Positions 8,062 to 15,401 of a DNA stretch of 52,691 nucleotides are shown one piece after another. The stretch's first letter is position 1, and the number at the start of each line of letters is the position of its first letter. The DNA lies in the NCBI GenBank assembly GCA_964522515.1, contig CAZFWC010000003.1, positions 1 through 52,691 of the forward strand, read 5' to 3'. A model generated the notes under the pieces. The model saw only the letters and a list, made by a program, of their open reading frames with translations, was not told the origin of the DNA and ran no database searches. The stretch comes from an uncultured Gammaproteobacteria bacterium (lineage in GTDB: Bacteria; Patescibacteriota; Patescibacteriia; UBA2196). Both the position numbers and the translations under genes were made by a program.

Positions 8062-8099
8062 AAACCGTTGATTTTTTTAAATTATCAACGGTTTTTAGT
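8062..8099 (+). terminator. intrinsic terminator after gene 7746-8012
   Basis: AAACCGTTGAT-loop-ATCAACGGTTT followed by TTAGTTT. Confidence 0.65.
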
Positions 8100-8186
8100 T
8101 TGAAAAAATAATTTAAAAGTGATTTTGTAAAAGAGTTTGAAGTTTGGGAGGATTAAAGAATAAGAAAATAAGCATTTTTCAAAAGT

Positions 8187-8219
8187 TGGCTCCATTCCTG
8201 AGCACTTGGGATGGAACCA
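8187..8219 (+). repeat. Family-3 hairpin (GGCTCCA..GGATGGA[AG]CC), variant
   Basis: TTGGCTCCATTCCTGAGCACTTGGGATGGAACCA followed by a T-run, upstream of the alaS promoter. Confidence 0.7.
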
Positions 8220-8226
8220 TTTTTAT

Positions 8227-8255
8227 TTGATTTTTTTGTTTGTTTTTGATAATAT
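8227..8255 (+). promoter_or_regulatory. candidate promoter for alaS (leaderless arrangement)
   Basis: TTGATT-17 nt-(TGa)TAATAT, then AAATTC, then the ATG at 8262. Confidence 0.5.
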
Positions 8256-8261
8256 AAATTC

Positions 8262-10085
8262 ATGACCTCGCAAGAATTAAGACGAAAATACATAGATTTT
8301 TTTGTAAAAAAAGGGCACACTGAAATTCCTTCTGCTTCTTTGGTTCCTGAAAATGATCCTTCAACTTTATTTATTTCAGCAGGAATGCAACCAATTGCTT
8401 CTTTTTTAATGGGTGAAAAACATCCATCTGGAAATAAATTAGTTAATTCTCAAAAATGTATTCGCACTGATGATATTGACGAAGTTGGTGATAAATTTCA
8501 CCACACTTTTTTTGAAATGCTTGGGCACTGGTCGCTCGGAGATTATTGGAAAAAACAAGCAATAAAAATGAGCTGGGAGTTTTCAACACAAGAGTTGGGT
8601 TTAGATAAAAATAAATTAGCAGTAACGGTTTTTGAAGGAAATGTGAATGCTTCTAAAGATGAAGAATCAATTCAAGTTTGGAAAAGTTTAGGTTTTCCAG
8701 AGCAGAGAATTATTAAATTAAATAAAAAAGAAAATTGGTGGGAGCCAGCAGGTGAAAGTGGTCCGTGTGGTCCAGACACAGAAATGTTTTATTGGACAGA
8801 TAATAAAAATCCTGCGCCAGAAAAGTTTAATCCAGAAGATTCTCGCTGGTTTGAAATCGGAAATGATGTGCTGATGCAATATAATAAAATTGCTAAAAAT
8901 AAATATATTCCAGCTAAACAGAAAAATATTGATAATGGTACAGGTTTTGAAAGGGTTGTAGCTGTTACGAATAATTTAGATGATAATTATTTAACTGATT
9001 TGTTTTTGCCTATTATTAAAAAAATTGAAGAGTTAAGTGAAAAAAATTACAAAAATGTTTCTGAAGAAATTAAAAAAAGTATAAGAATAATTGCAGATCA
9101 TTTAAGAGCAGCGACTTTTATTTTAGCAGACAACACAAAAATTATTCCGTCAAACACAGATCAAGGATATGTTATTAGAAAATTAATTCGCAGAGCAATT
9201 CGGCACGGACGAATGATTGGAATTAAAGAAAATTTTACGCGCAAAATCGCAGAAGTTGTAATTAATTTAATGTCAGAAATTTATCCAGAATTAGAAAAAA
9301 ACAAAAAATTTGTTTTAGATAATTTTGAATTAGAAGAAGAAAAATTTACAAAAACTTTGCAACAGGGGTTAAAAAAATTTCAGAAATTAGAAATCAGAAA
9401 TCAGAAATTAGGACAGAAAAAAATTAGCGGCGCAGAAGTATTTGATTTATTTCAAACTTACGGTTTTCCAATTGAATTAACAAAAGAACTAGCAAGTGAA
9501 AAAGGTTTAGAAGTTGATGAAAAAGGTTTTGAAAAAGAAATGAAAAAACATCAAGAACTTTCTAGAACCGCGACAGCTGGAAAATTTAAAGGTGGTTTAG
9601 CAAATCAATCTGAACAAACAATTAAATATCACACAACAGCGCATTTAATGTTGGCTGCTTTGCGAAAAGTTTTAAATGAAAATATTCAACAAAAAGGTTC
9701 AAATATAAATGAGGAAAGATTGCGATTTGATTTTTCTTATTCTGAAAAAATGACAGATGAACAAAAAGCAGAAGTTGAAAATTTAGTTAATAATTGGATT
9801 AAACAAGATTTAAAAATTATTTGTGAAGAAATGAGTTTGGACGAAGCTAAAAAACAAGGAGCAACCGGAGCTTTTGAAAATAAATACGGAGAAAAAGTTA
9901 AAGTTTTTACAATTGGCTCCTCCTTCGCTAAAGCTACGGCGGACAGGGAAAATAATAATATTGTTAGTAAAGAAATTTGCGGAGGTCCGCACATTAAACG
10001 CACAGGAAATTTAGGAAAATTTAAAATTAAAAAAGAACAATCAAGTTCTGCTGGGATTAGGAGAATTAAAGCAGTTTTGGAATAA
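8262..10085 (+). CDS. alaS: alanine--tRNA ligase, short form lacking the C-terminal C-Ala/DHHA1 region
   Basis: 607 aa. The N-terminal class II catalytic core (FFVKKGHTEIPSASLVP, FHHTFFEMLGHWS) and the editing domain (HTTAHLM, ICGGPH) are present. The ORF ends shortly after the editing domain. Contains repeat insertions at 9381-9413 and 9919-9947. Confidence 0.9.
   Translation: MTSQELRRKYIDFFVKKGHTEIPSASLVPENDPSTLFISAGMQPIASFLMGEKHPSGNKLVNSQKCIRTDDIDEVGDKFHHTFFEMLGHWSLGDYWKKQAIKMSWEFSTQELGLDKNKLAVTVFEGNVNASKDEESIQVWKSLGFPEQRIIKLNKKENWWEPAGESGPCGPDTEMFYWTDNKNPAPEKFNPEDSRWFEIGNDVLMQYNKIAKNKYIPAKQKNIDNGTGFERVVAVTNNLDDNYLTDLFLPIIKKIEELSEKNYKNVSEEIKKSIRIIADHLRAATFILADNTKIIPSNTDQGYVIRKLIRRAIRHGRMIGIKENFTRKIAEVVINLMSEIYPELEKNKKFVLDNFELEEEKFTKTLQQGLKKFQKLEIRNQKLGQKKISGAEVFDLFQTYGFPIELTKELASEKGLEVDEKGFEKEMKKHQELSRTATAGKFKGGLANQSEQTIKYHTTAHLMLAALRKVLNENIQQKGSNINEERLRFDFSYSEKMTDEQKAEVENLVNNWIKQDLKIICEEMSLDEAKKQGATGAFENKYGEKVKVFTIGSSFAKATADRENNNIVSKEICGGPHIKRTGNLGKFKIKKEQSSSAGIRRIKAVLE
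9381..9413. repeat. Heptamer array ([CT]AGAAAT)x4 inside the alaS CDS
   Basis: CAGAAATTAGAAATCAGAAATCAGAAATTAGGA, translated as KLEIRNQKLG. Confidence 0.8.
9919..9947 (+). repeat. Family-1 fragment inside the alaS CDS
   Basis: CCTCCTTCGCTAAAGCTACGGCGGACAGG is identical to 41425-41453. It is translated as SSFAKATADR within the editing-domain region. Confidence 0.9.
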
Positions 10086-10139
10086 AATAAAAAAGCCAAA
10101 CGCAATGCGAGTGGCGTTAGCTTTAAGTAGATTATTTTT

Positions 10140-10304
10140 TTAATCTAATTCTTCTTTGTTTGGCATTCGCCCGGGTTCAAGATAGAAATTTAATATTTCT
10201 GGACTTTGGAAATTAGCCTGGCAATCTTTTTCTTCAATTTTGTCCCAGCAATTGCGACTGTTAATTACTGCCGGACATTTTTTACATTTTTCTAGAATTT
10301 CCAT
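10140..10304 (-). CDS. small Cys-rich hypothetical protein
   Basis: 54-aa version of ORF 10140-10388, starting at MEILEKCKKCP. The AAAAGGAGAAAA RBS lies just upstream of this ATG. A TTGACA-17-TAAGTT promoter lies inside the longer ORF prediction. Confidence 0.5.
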   Translation of the reverse strand: MEILEKCKKCPAVINSRNCWDKIEEKDCQANFQSPEILNFYLEPGRMPNKEELD

Positions 10305-10353
10305 ACCTTTTTCTCCTTTTAATGAATTTTTATTTAGTTTAAGATTTGATTTA

Positions 10354-10382
10354 AACTTAATAAAATTAGAAATTTTTGTCAA
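10354..10382 (-). promoter_or_regulatory. candidate promoter for small Cys-rich gene 10140-10304
   Basis: Minus strand reads TTGACA-17 nt-TAAGTT. Confidence 0.5.
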
Positions 10383-10572
10383 ATCCAAAATTTAAAATAA
10401 TTAATTTTTTGTTTTTTGGGAGATGCTTGTGGATAACTTTTAAACTAAAAATAAATTAAATAAAAACAAAAACCGCTTAAATTAGCGGAATTTGAAAGGG
10501 ATTTGACTTTCCCCAGGAAAGAATCGTTAGGTTTATCATCCAATAATTTAATTATATCAATATTTTAATTTT

Positions 10573-11793
10573 ATGTCTTCATTTAATATAAAAACAATAA
10601 AACCGCAAAATGGTTTTAGATATCGTGTTGAGCCAGAGAAAAAACCAAAATTTGGCTTAAAGATTTTTTTAGCAATAATTTTAATTGCTGTTTTTTATAT
10701 TTTATTTACTTATTTTTTATCAAGTGTTGATGTTTTGGTTGTCCCAGTTACACAAGATTATGAAAAAGAATTTGAAATTCAATTAACAACTGACAAATCA
10801 AAAACTGATTTTGACACAAATATTTTTTTTGCTGAAATTTTAGAAACTAATTTAAATAAAACAGAAACATTTGAAGCAACAGGTGAAAAAGATATTGGAG
10901 ACAAAGCGCAAGGTCAAGCAATTTTTTACAATCACACAGGTCGTTCACAACCAATCACTCCTAATATTGATTTAATAAATGACGCGGGAATTATTTTTGT
11001 AATTAAAGAAAACACAACAATTCCAGGAGCAAAAGTTGATGATGAAGGAAATGTTGTGCCAGGAGAAATTACAGTTTTAATTGAAGCAAAAGAGGCTGGC
11101 GCAAAAGGAAATATTGAATCTGGCAGAATAAATATTTCAGTTTTATTAATTGATAAGCAGGAAAAAATTTTTGGTGATATTTTAGAGCCAACAACTGGCG
11201 GTAATTCAAAAATAGTTAAAGTTGTTTCGCAAGAAGATATTGATAATGCAAAAGATAATTTAACAAAACAGCTTGGGCCAGATTTGAAAGAGAAAATTGA
11301 AAAAAATGCCAATGAAAATTTTATAGTTTCAGAAAAATTAATTATTTATGATGATTCTGAAATTTCAACACAAGCTGAAGTTGATTCCGAAGTAAAAAAA
11401 TTTGAAATTAGTTTAAATTTAAAAGCAAAAGCAATGGTTTTTGATAATAAATCTTTGCGTTTGTTTTTAAAAAATAAAATTTTGCAAGATTTACCAAAAG
11501 AACAAACTATTTCTGAAACAGAATTTGGAAATCTAGAAATTAATGTGCAAGATATAAATATGGATTTGGGTTTGGCAAATTTAAAAATTGATACAATATT
11601 TCCTGTTGCAAAACAAATTGATTTAGAAAATATTAAAAAAAATATTTTAGGAAAAAAAGAATCAGAAGCTAGACGGTATATTTTATCTTTGCCAAATGTG
11701 AAAGACGCGCGGTTTGTATTTTCTTTTTCTTTAAGCGATAAAATTCCAAATAATGAAAAAAGAGTTGAGGTGAAATTGGGAGAAGTTAGATAG
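10573..11793 (+). CDS. membrane-anchored hypothetical protein (possible baseplate-J-like segment)
   Basis: 406 aa with an N-terminal TM (IFLAIILIAVFYILFTYFL). The segment ITVLIEAKEAGAKGNIESGRINI resembles baseplate J/gp47-like proteins; this is recalled from memory and not verified. Confidence 0.55.
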   Translation: MSSFNIKTIKPQNGFRYRVEPEKKPKFGLKIFLAIILIAVFYILFTYFLSSVDVLVVPVTQDYEKEFEIQLTTDKSKTDFDTNIFFAEILETNLNKTETFEATGEKDIGDKAQGQAIFYNHTGRSQPITPNIDLINDAGIIFVIKENTTIPGAKVDDEGNVVPGEITVLIEAKEAGAKGNIESGRINISVLLIDKQEKIFGDILEPTTGGNSKIVKVVSQEDIDNAKDNLTKQLGPDLKEKIEKNANENFIVSEKLIIYDDSEISTQAEVDSEVKKFEISLNLKAKAMVFDNKSLRLFLKNKILQDLPKEQTISETEFGNLEINVQDINMDLGLANLKIDTIFPVAKQIDLENIKKNILGKKESEARRYILSLPNVKDARFVFSFSLSDKIPNNEKRVEVKLGEVR

Positions 11794-11804
11794 CGCAAAA
11801 AAAT

Positions 11805-11833
11805 TTGACATTATTTTTAATATAATTTATACT
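11805..11833 (+). promoter_or_regulatory. candidate promoter of the infA-rpmJ-rpsM-rpsK-rpsD-rpoA-rplQ operon
   Basis: TTGACA-17 nt-TATACT, about 105 nt upstream of the infA ATG. Confidence 0.6.
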
Positions 11834-11942
11834 AAAAGCATAGAAAAAATATTAAACAACAAAATTAAATTAGTATTTAATAAGGAATAAAAATTCTGGT
11901 AAATTTTTTTGCATCCAGAATTTTGCGCATTTAAAATATTTA

Positions 11943-12230
11943 ATGTTAAAACAACAAAATTCAAATCAAAATTTAAATAGTAAAAATACAAATGAAGATT
12001 TTAGTAATTTTAAGATAAATAAAAAAGGATTTATTGAAGTTAGCGGTGAAGTTTTAGAAACCTTGCCAAGTATTACTTTTCGTGTTAAATTAGAAAATGA
12101 TCACGAAATTTTGGCCCGTTTATCAGGCAAGATGAGAATGCACAGAATTTTGCTTCTTCCTGGAGACAAAGTTAAAATAGAAATGAGTCCGTATGATTTA
12201 GATAAAGGTAGAATTACTTACAGGTATTAA
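11943..12230 (+). CDS. infA: translation initiation factor IF-1 with N-terminal extension
   Basis: The C-terminal 70 aa are typical IF-1 S1-like ([63 protein letters not shown]). About 25 extra N/K-rich residues precede this if the ATG at 11943 is used. Confidence 0.85.
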   Translation: MLKQQNSNQNLNSKNTNEDFSNFKINKKGFIEVSGEVLETLPSITFRVKLENDHEILARLSGKMRMHRILLLPGDKVKIEMSPYDLDKGRITYRY

Positions 12231-12237
12231 AAAATTT

Positions 12238-12281
12238 ATCCGCCGTAGCAATTAAAGGATTGCCAGGGAGCGAAGGCGGGC
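12238..12281 (+). repeat. Family-1 GC-rich arm (CCGCCGTAG...GCGAAGGCGGG) upstream of rpmJ
   Basis: TATCCGCCGTAGCAATTAAAGGATTGCCAGGGAGCGAAGGCGGG. This is the near-exact reverse complement of the left arm of copies 13479-13668 and 43416-43584. Confidence 0.85.
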
Positions 12282-12290
12282 GCACAATTA

Positions 12291-12404
12291 TGAAAGTTCG
12301 TTCGTCAGTTAAAAAAATGTGTAAAGATTGTAAAGTAATCCGTCGTAAAGGACGGGTTGTTGTTATTTGTAAAAACCCAAGACATAAACAAAGACAAGGA
12401 TAGG
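12291..12404 (+). CDS. rpmJ: 50S ribosomal protein L36
   Basis: Not in the ORF track (37 aa). Translation is [37 protein letters not shown]. Canonical position between infA and rpsM. Confidence 0.9.
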
Positions 12405-12411
12405 AACTTTC

Positions 12412-12506
12412 CCGCCTTCGCCTCTAAAAAACTCTACTGGACTACGGCGGGCGAGTTCCTAGTTCTTTTTAAATAAAATTTTAAATTAAAATTTTATTTA
12501 AAAAGC
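12412..12506 (+). repeat. Family-1 complementary arm plus AT hairpin downstream of rpmJ
   Basis: CCCGCCTTCGCCTCTAAAAAACTCTACTGGACTACGGCGGG, then the perfect AT palindrome CTTTTTAAATAAAATTTT / AAAATTTTATTTAAAAAG. Confidence 0.85.
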
Positions 12507-12517
12507 ATTTAAATTTT

Positions 12518-12907
12518 ATGCCTAGAATTGCAGGATCTAATTTACCAAATGAAAAAAGAGTTGAAATCGGTTTAACTTATATTTTTGGAATTGGAAAAAG
12601 TTTATCTAATAAAATTTTAAAAGAATTAAAAATTAATCCAGACACGCGAGTTAAAGATTTGCAAGAAAATGATGTGAACAAATTAAGACAAAAAATTGAA
12701 AAAGAATTTATTGTTGAAGGTGATTTAAGAAGGGAAAGAGTTGGGAATATTAAACGCTTAAAAGAAATTAATAGTTATCGAGGTTCTCGTCACGCAAAAG
12801 GGTTGCCAAGCAGGGGTCAAAGAACTCGTAGCAATACAAGAACTTTACGCGGAAACAAAAGAGTTGGAGTTGGATCTGGAAGAAAAAGCGCAGATCAAAA
12901 AACATAA
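12518..12907 (+). CDS. rpsM: 30S ribosomal protein S13
   Basis: 129 aa. [26 protein letters not shown] is a typical S13 N-terminus. Operon context agrees. Confidence 0.92.
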   Translation: MPRIAGSNLPNEKRVEIGLTYIFGIGKSLSNKILKELKINPDTRVKDLQENDVNKLRQKIEKEFIVEGDLRRERVGNIKRLKEINSYRGSRHAKGLPSRGQRTRSNTRTLRGNKRVGVGSGRKSADQKT

Positions 12908-12965
12908 AGACGCAGAAAAACTCGGAACGCCCCGCTGGGTTTTACGCTGAACTACGCTGAAAAAA

Positions 12966-13478
12966 ATGTCAGAAAATAATAAAAAAAATTTAGAAAATAA
13001 TAAAAAAAAATCTGAAAAAAAAGATGAGGATATTAGTATTGATAAAAAGAAAAAACAAGAATTAGAAAGTGAAGAAACAGCCACAGTAGTTGTTAAAGGT
13101 AAAAAAAAGAAAAAACAAGCGCCTTTTTTAAGAGGCGGAAGAGGTCAAGCTCATATTAAATCATCTTACAATAATACAATTGTTTCAGTCACTGATTTAA
13201 ATGGAGCAGTTTTAATTTGGGCAACTGCTGGAAAATGCGGTTTTAAAGGTCCTAAAAAATCAACACCTTACGCAGCAGGAACAATTATTAAATCACTAGC
13301 AAATAAAATTAAAGAATTAGGGATAAAAGAAGTTGATGTTTTTGTAAAAGGCGTCGGCACTGGTCGAGAGTCGGCAATTCGAGCTTTAGGCACAATTAAT
13401 GTTTCTGTTGTTTCAATTAAAGATGTAACGCCAATTCCTCACGGTGGTTGCAGACCAAAGAAAAAACGAAGAGTTTAA
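12966..13478 (+). CDS. rpsK: 30S ribosomal protein S11 with Lys/Glu-rich N-terminal extension
   Basis: 170 aa. S11 core ([30 protein letters not shown] ... [16 protein letters not shown]) preceded by ~40 low-complexity residues. Confidence 0.9.
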   Translation: MSENNKKNLENNKKKSEKKDEDISIDKKKKQELESEETATVVVKGKKKKKQAPFLRGGRGQAHIKSSYNNTIVSVTDLNGAVLIWATAGKCGFKGPKKSTPYAAGTIIKSLANKIKELGIKEVDVFVKGVGTGRESAIRALGTINVSVVSIKDVTPIPHGGCRPKKKRRV

Positions 13479-13668
13479 ATCGCTTACCCTCCTTCGCTCC
13501 CTAGCAACTCTTTAATTGCTACGGCGCCTGTCCGCCGTAGCTTTAGCGAAGGAGGAGGCAAGCTCCTGTGTTTTTTAAATTTTAAACACAAGAGTTCCTG
13601 CCTGTCGGCAGACAGGTATCCGCCGTAGTCCAGTAGTCCCGAGTACTCGGGATTAGGGGCGAAGACGG
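13479..13668 (+). repeat. Family-1 composite GC-rich palindromic spacer element, copy A (rpsK-rpsD)
   Basis: Modules in order: CCTCCTTCGC..GCTACGGCG/CCGCCGTAGC..AGCGAAGGAGG, the CTCCTGTGTT-loop-AACACAAGAG hairpin, CCTGCCTGTCGGCAGACAGG, CCGCCGTAGTCCAGTAG, CCCGAGTACTCGGG, GCGAAGACGG. Confidence 0.9.
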
Positions 13669-13678
13669 AAAAATTATT

Positions 13679-14311
13679 ATGGCAAAATATTTAGGTCCAA
13701 AATGTAAAATTTGCAGAAGACTTGGTGAAAAACTTTGTTCAAAAGGTGAACGAGGTTTAGGCGCCAAGTGCGCTTTGGTTAAAAGAAATTATCCTCCGGG
13801 ACTTCACGGACAAAAAGGACACTCTCGTTTAACTGATTTTGGAGTGCATTTAAAAGAAAAACAAAAAGTAAAAATAATATATTTTGTTTTAGAAAAACAA
13901 CTTAAAAAATATTTTAATTTAGCGTCTAAAAATAAAATGGACACTGGCTCAAAATTTATAGAACTTTTGGAAAGAAGGTTAGATAATGTGATTTTTCGTT
14001 TAGGTTTAGCAAAATCGCGACCACAAGCTCGTCAAATGGTAAGCCACAGTTTATTTTTAATTAATAATAAAAAAATTAATGTTCCATCTTGTGAAATTAA
14101 ATCAGGAGATGTAATTTCAATTCGTAAAGACAAAAGTTTAAATAAAGGAATTTTAGCTGAGAATTTAAAAAATATTAAACAAGATGAAATTTCAGGTTGG
14201 TTAGATTGGGATGAAAAAGAAAACAAAGCAAAAATTGTTAGTTTGCCAAAAGATAAAGATTTGGAAGTTGGAATTGACACAAGACTTGTTGTAGAATATT
14301 ATTCAAAATAA
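13679..14311 (+). CDS. rpsD: 30S ribosomal protein S4
   Basis: 210 aa. MAKYLGPKCKICRRLGEKLCSKGERG zinc-finger-type N-terminus plus an S4 RNA-binding domain. Confidence 0.92.
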   Translation: MAKYLGPKCKICRRLGEKLCSKGERGLGAKCALVKRNYPPGLHGQKGHSRLTDFGVHLKEKQKVKIIYFVLEKQLKKYFNLASKNKMDTGSKFIELLERRLDNVIFRLGLAKSRPQARQMVSHSLFLINNKKINVPSCEIKSGDVISIRKDKSLNKGILAENLKNIKQDEISGWLDWDEKENKAKIVSLPKDKDLEVGIDTRLVVEYYSK

Positions 14312-14451
14312 TCGCCTAACCCTCCTTCGCTTCAACTCTAAAAAAATTCTAGCTACGGCGGACAGGCTTCTAGTTCTAAATTTAAAAGCATTAAAATTTT
14401 ATCCACCGTAGTCCAGTAGAGTTGTTTAAGGGCGAAGGCGGATAAACAAAT
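14312..14451 (+). repeat. Family-1 composite spacer element, copy B (rpsD-rpoA)
   Basis: TCGCCTAACCCTCCTTCGC...GCTACGGCGGACAGG...CCACCGTAGTCCAGTAG...GGGCGAAGGCGGATAAACAAAT. Confidence 0.9.
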
Positions 14452-14458
14452 AAATTTT

Positions 14459-15247
14459 ATGAATATAATTCCCACTGCTCAAAAAAAAGAATTTATTTTT
14501 TCTGAAACGCCTAACAAAGGCAAATTTATTATTGAACCGCTTTTCCCTGGTTTTGGTTTAACAATTGGAAACGCTTTAAGAAGAGTTTTGCTTTCTTCAC
14601 TTGATGGAGTTGCAATTACTTCAATTAGAATAAAAGGCGCTGACCACGAATTTACAACAATTGACGGAATTAAAGAAGACTTGGTAGATATTATTTTAAA
14701 TTTAAAACAAATTAGATTTGATGTAACTGGAAATTTTGAAGAACCAATTAAAATGCAATTAAAAGTTAAAGGCGCGAAAGAAATTAAGGCAAAAGATTTT
14801 AAAAAAACCGCTGGAGTAAAAGTTGCTAATCCAGATTTAATTATTGCTCAAGCAACTGATTCTAAAGCAGAATTTGAATTAGAAGCTTGGATTGAAAAGG
14901 GCAGAGGTTATTTGCCAACTGAAATGATGGAACACAAAGAAAAAGAAATTGGTGTAATTACAATTGATGCATTTTTTTCACCAATTAAAAGAGTTGCAAT
15001 TGATACTGAAAATGTTCGTGTTGGCGAAATGACAAATTGGGATAAATTAATTTTAAATTTAGAAACTGATAGCACCATTTCTTGTGAGGATGCTTTAAAT
15101 AAAGCTACTCAAATTTTAGTTGAGCAATTTCAGTTTTTGTTAGAGAATAAAATAGAAAGTTCAGAAAAATTAGAAAAAGAAAAAGAAGACTTAGTGGAAG
15201 AAAAGCCAAAGAAAAAAGCTAAATCAAAAAAAGAAGAAATCGCCTAA
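14459..15247 (+). CDS. rpoA: DNA-directed RNA polymerase alpha subunit, N-terminal domain only
   Basis: 262 aa. Alpha-NTD motifs present (FIIEPLFPGFGLTIGNALRRVLLSSL). The C-terminus is a K/E-rich tail. No HhH alpha-CTD sequence is visible. Confidence 0.88.
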   Translation: MNIIPTAQKKEFIFSETPNKGKFIIEPLFPGFGLTIGNALRRVLLSSLDGVAITSIRIKGADHEFTTIDGIKEDLVDIILNLKQIRFDVTGNFEEPIKMQLKVKGAKEIKAKDFKKTAGVKVANPDLIIAQATDSKAEFELEAWIEKGRGYLPTEMMEHKEKEIGVITIDAFFSPIKRVAIDTENVRVGEMTNWDKLILNLETDSTISCEDALNKATQILVEQFQFLLENKIESSEKLEKEKEDLVEEKPKKKAKSKKEEIA

Positions 15248-15401
15248 TCCTCCTACACCTTCAATCCTAAAAAAATTCTAGCTACGGCGGGCAAGCTCCT
15301 GTGTTTTTTAAATTTTAAATACAAGAGTTCCTGCCTGTCGGCAGACAGGTATCCGCCGTAGTCCAGTAGGATTTTTTAAGGGCGAAGGCGGATAAACAAA
15401 T
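15239..15401 (+). repeat. Family-1 composite spacer element, copy C (rpoA-rplQ)
   Basis: ATCGCCTAA (which contains the rpoA stop), TCCTCCTACACCTTC, GCTACGGCGG, central hairpin, CCTGCCTGTCGGCAGACAGG, CCGCCGTAGTCCAGTAG, GGGCGAAGGCGGATAAACAAAT, then the rplQ ATG. Confidence 0.9.

Noticed and set aside
9381-9413. Whether the heptamer repeats act as a phase-variation switch for alaS.
   Set aside because: alaS is essential and single-copy here, so frameshifting by unit change would be lethal. The array is more plausibly a tolerated insertion. The idea is retained only for the FemX-like gene.
9737-10105. Antisense ORFs listed in the ORF track inside alaS (9737-10105, 9810-9992). Analogous antisense or overlapping ORFs occur at 476-679, 2023-2256, 2057-2281, 6290-6622, 7524-7880, 10932-11312, 11346-11798, 12845-13084, 14032-14280, 15410-15664 and 16148-16336. 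More occur at 16901-17113, 23553-23873, 25289-25660, 28705-28920, 29192-29476, 29910-30095, 31371-31625, 31839-32240, 33503-33688 and 34201-34401. The remainder are 35274-35831, 36081-36353, 38442-38741, 39207-39422, 42097-42351, 42514-42741, 50131-50358, 50631-50816 and 50970-51170.
   Set aside because: Each lies within or opposite a well-supported conserved gene, has low-complexity F/L/I/S/K-rich translation typical of AT-rich antisense frames, and has no RBS or promoter signal.
13582-13767. ORFs that read through GC-rich repeats: 13582-13767, 31181-31441 and 43273-43680. Also the N-terminal extensions of ORFs starting at 23997, 31303, 51252, 50653, 17960 and 36693.
   Set aside because: Their only distinctive codons are repeat sequence. 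Downstream ATGs with an RBS or a -10 box give proteins matching family N-termini (secD 24027, ruvX 31351, PEGA protein 51330, ctpA 50608, Mur ligase 17936, GT-C 36717).
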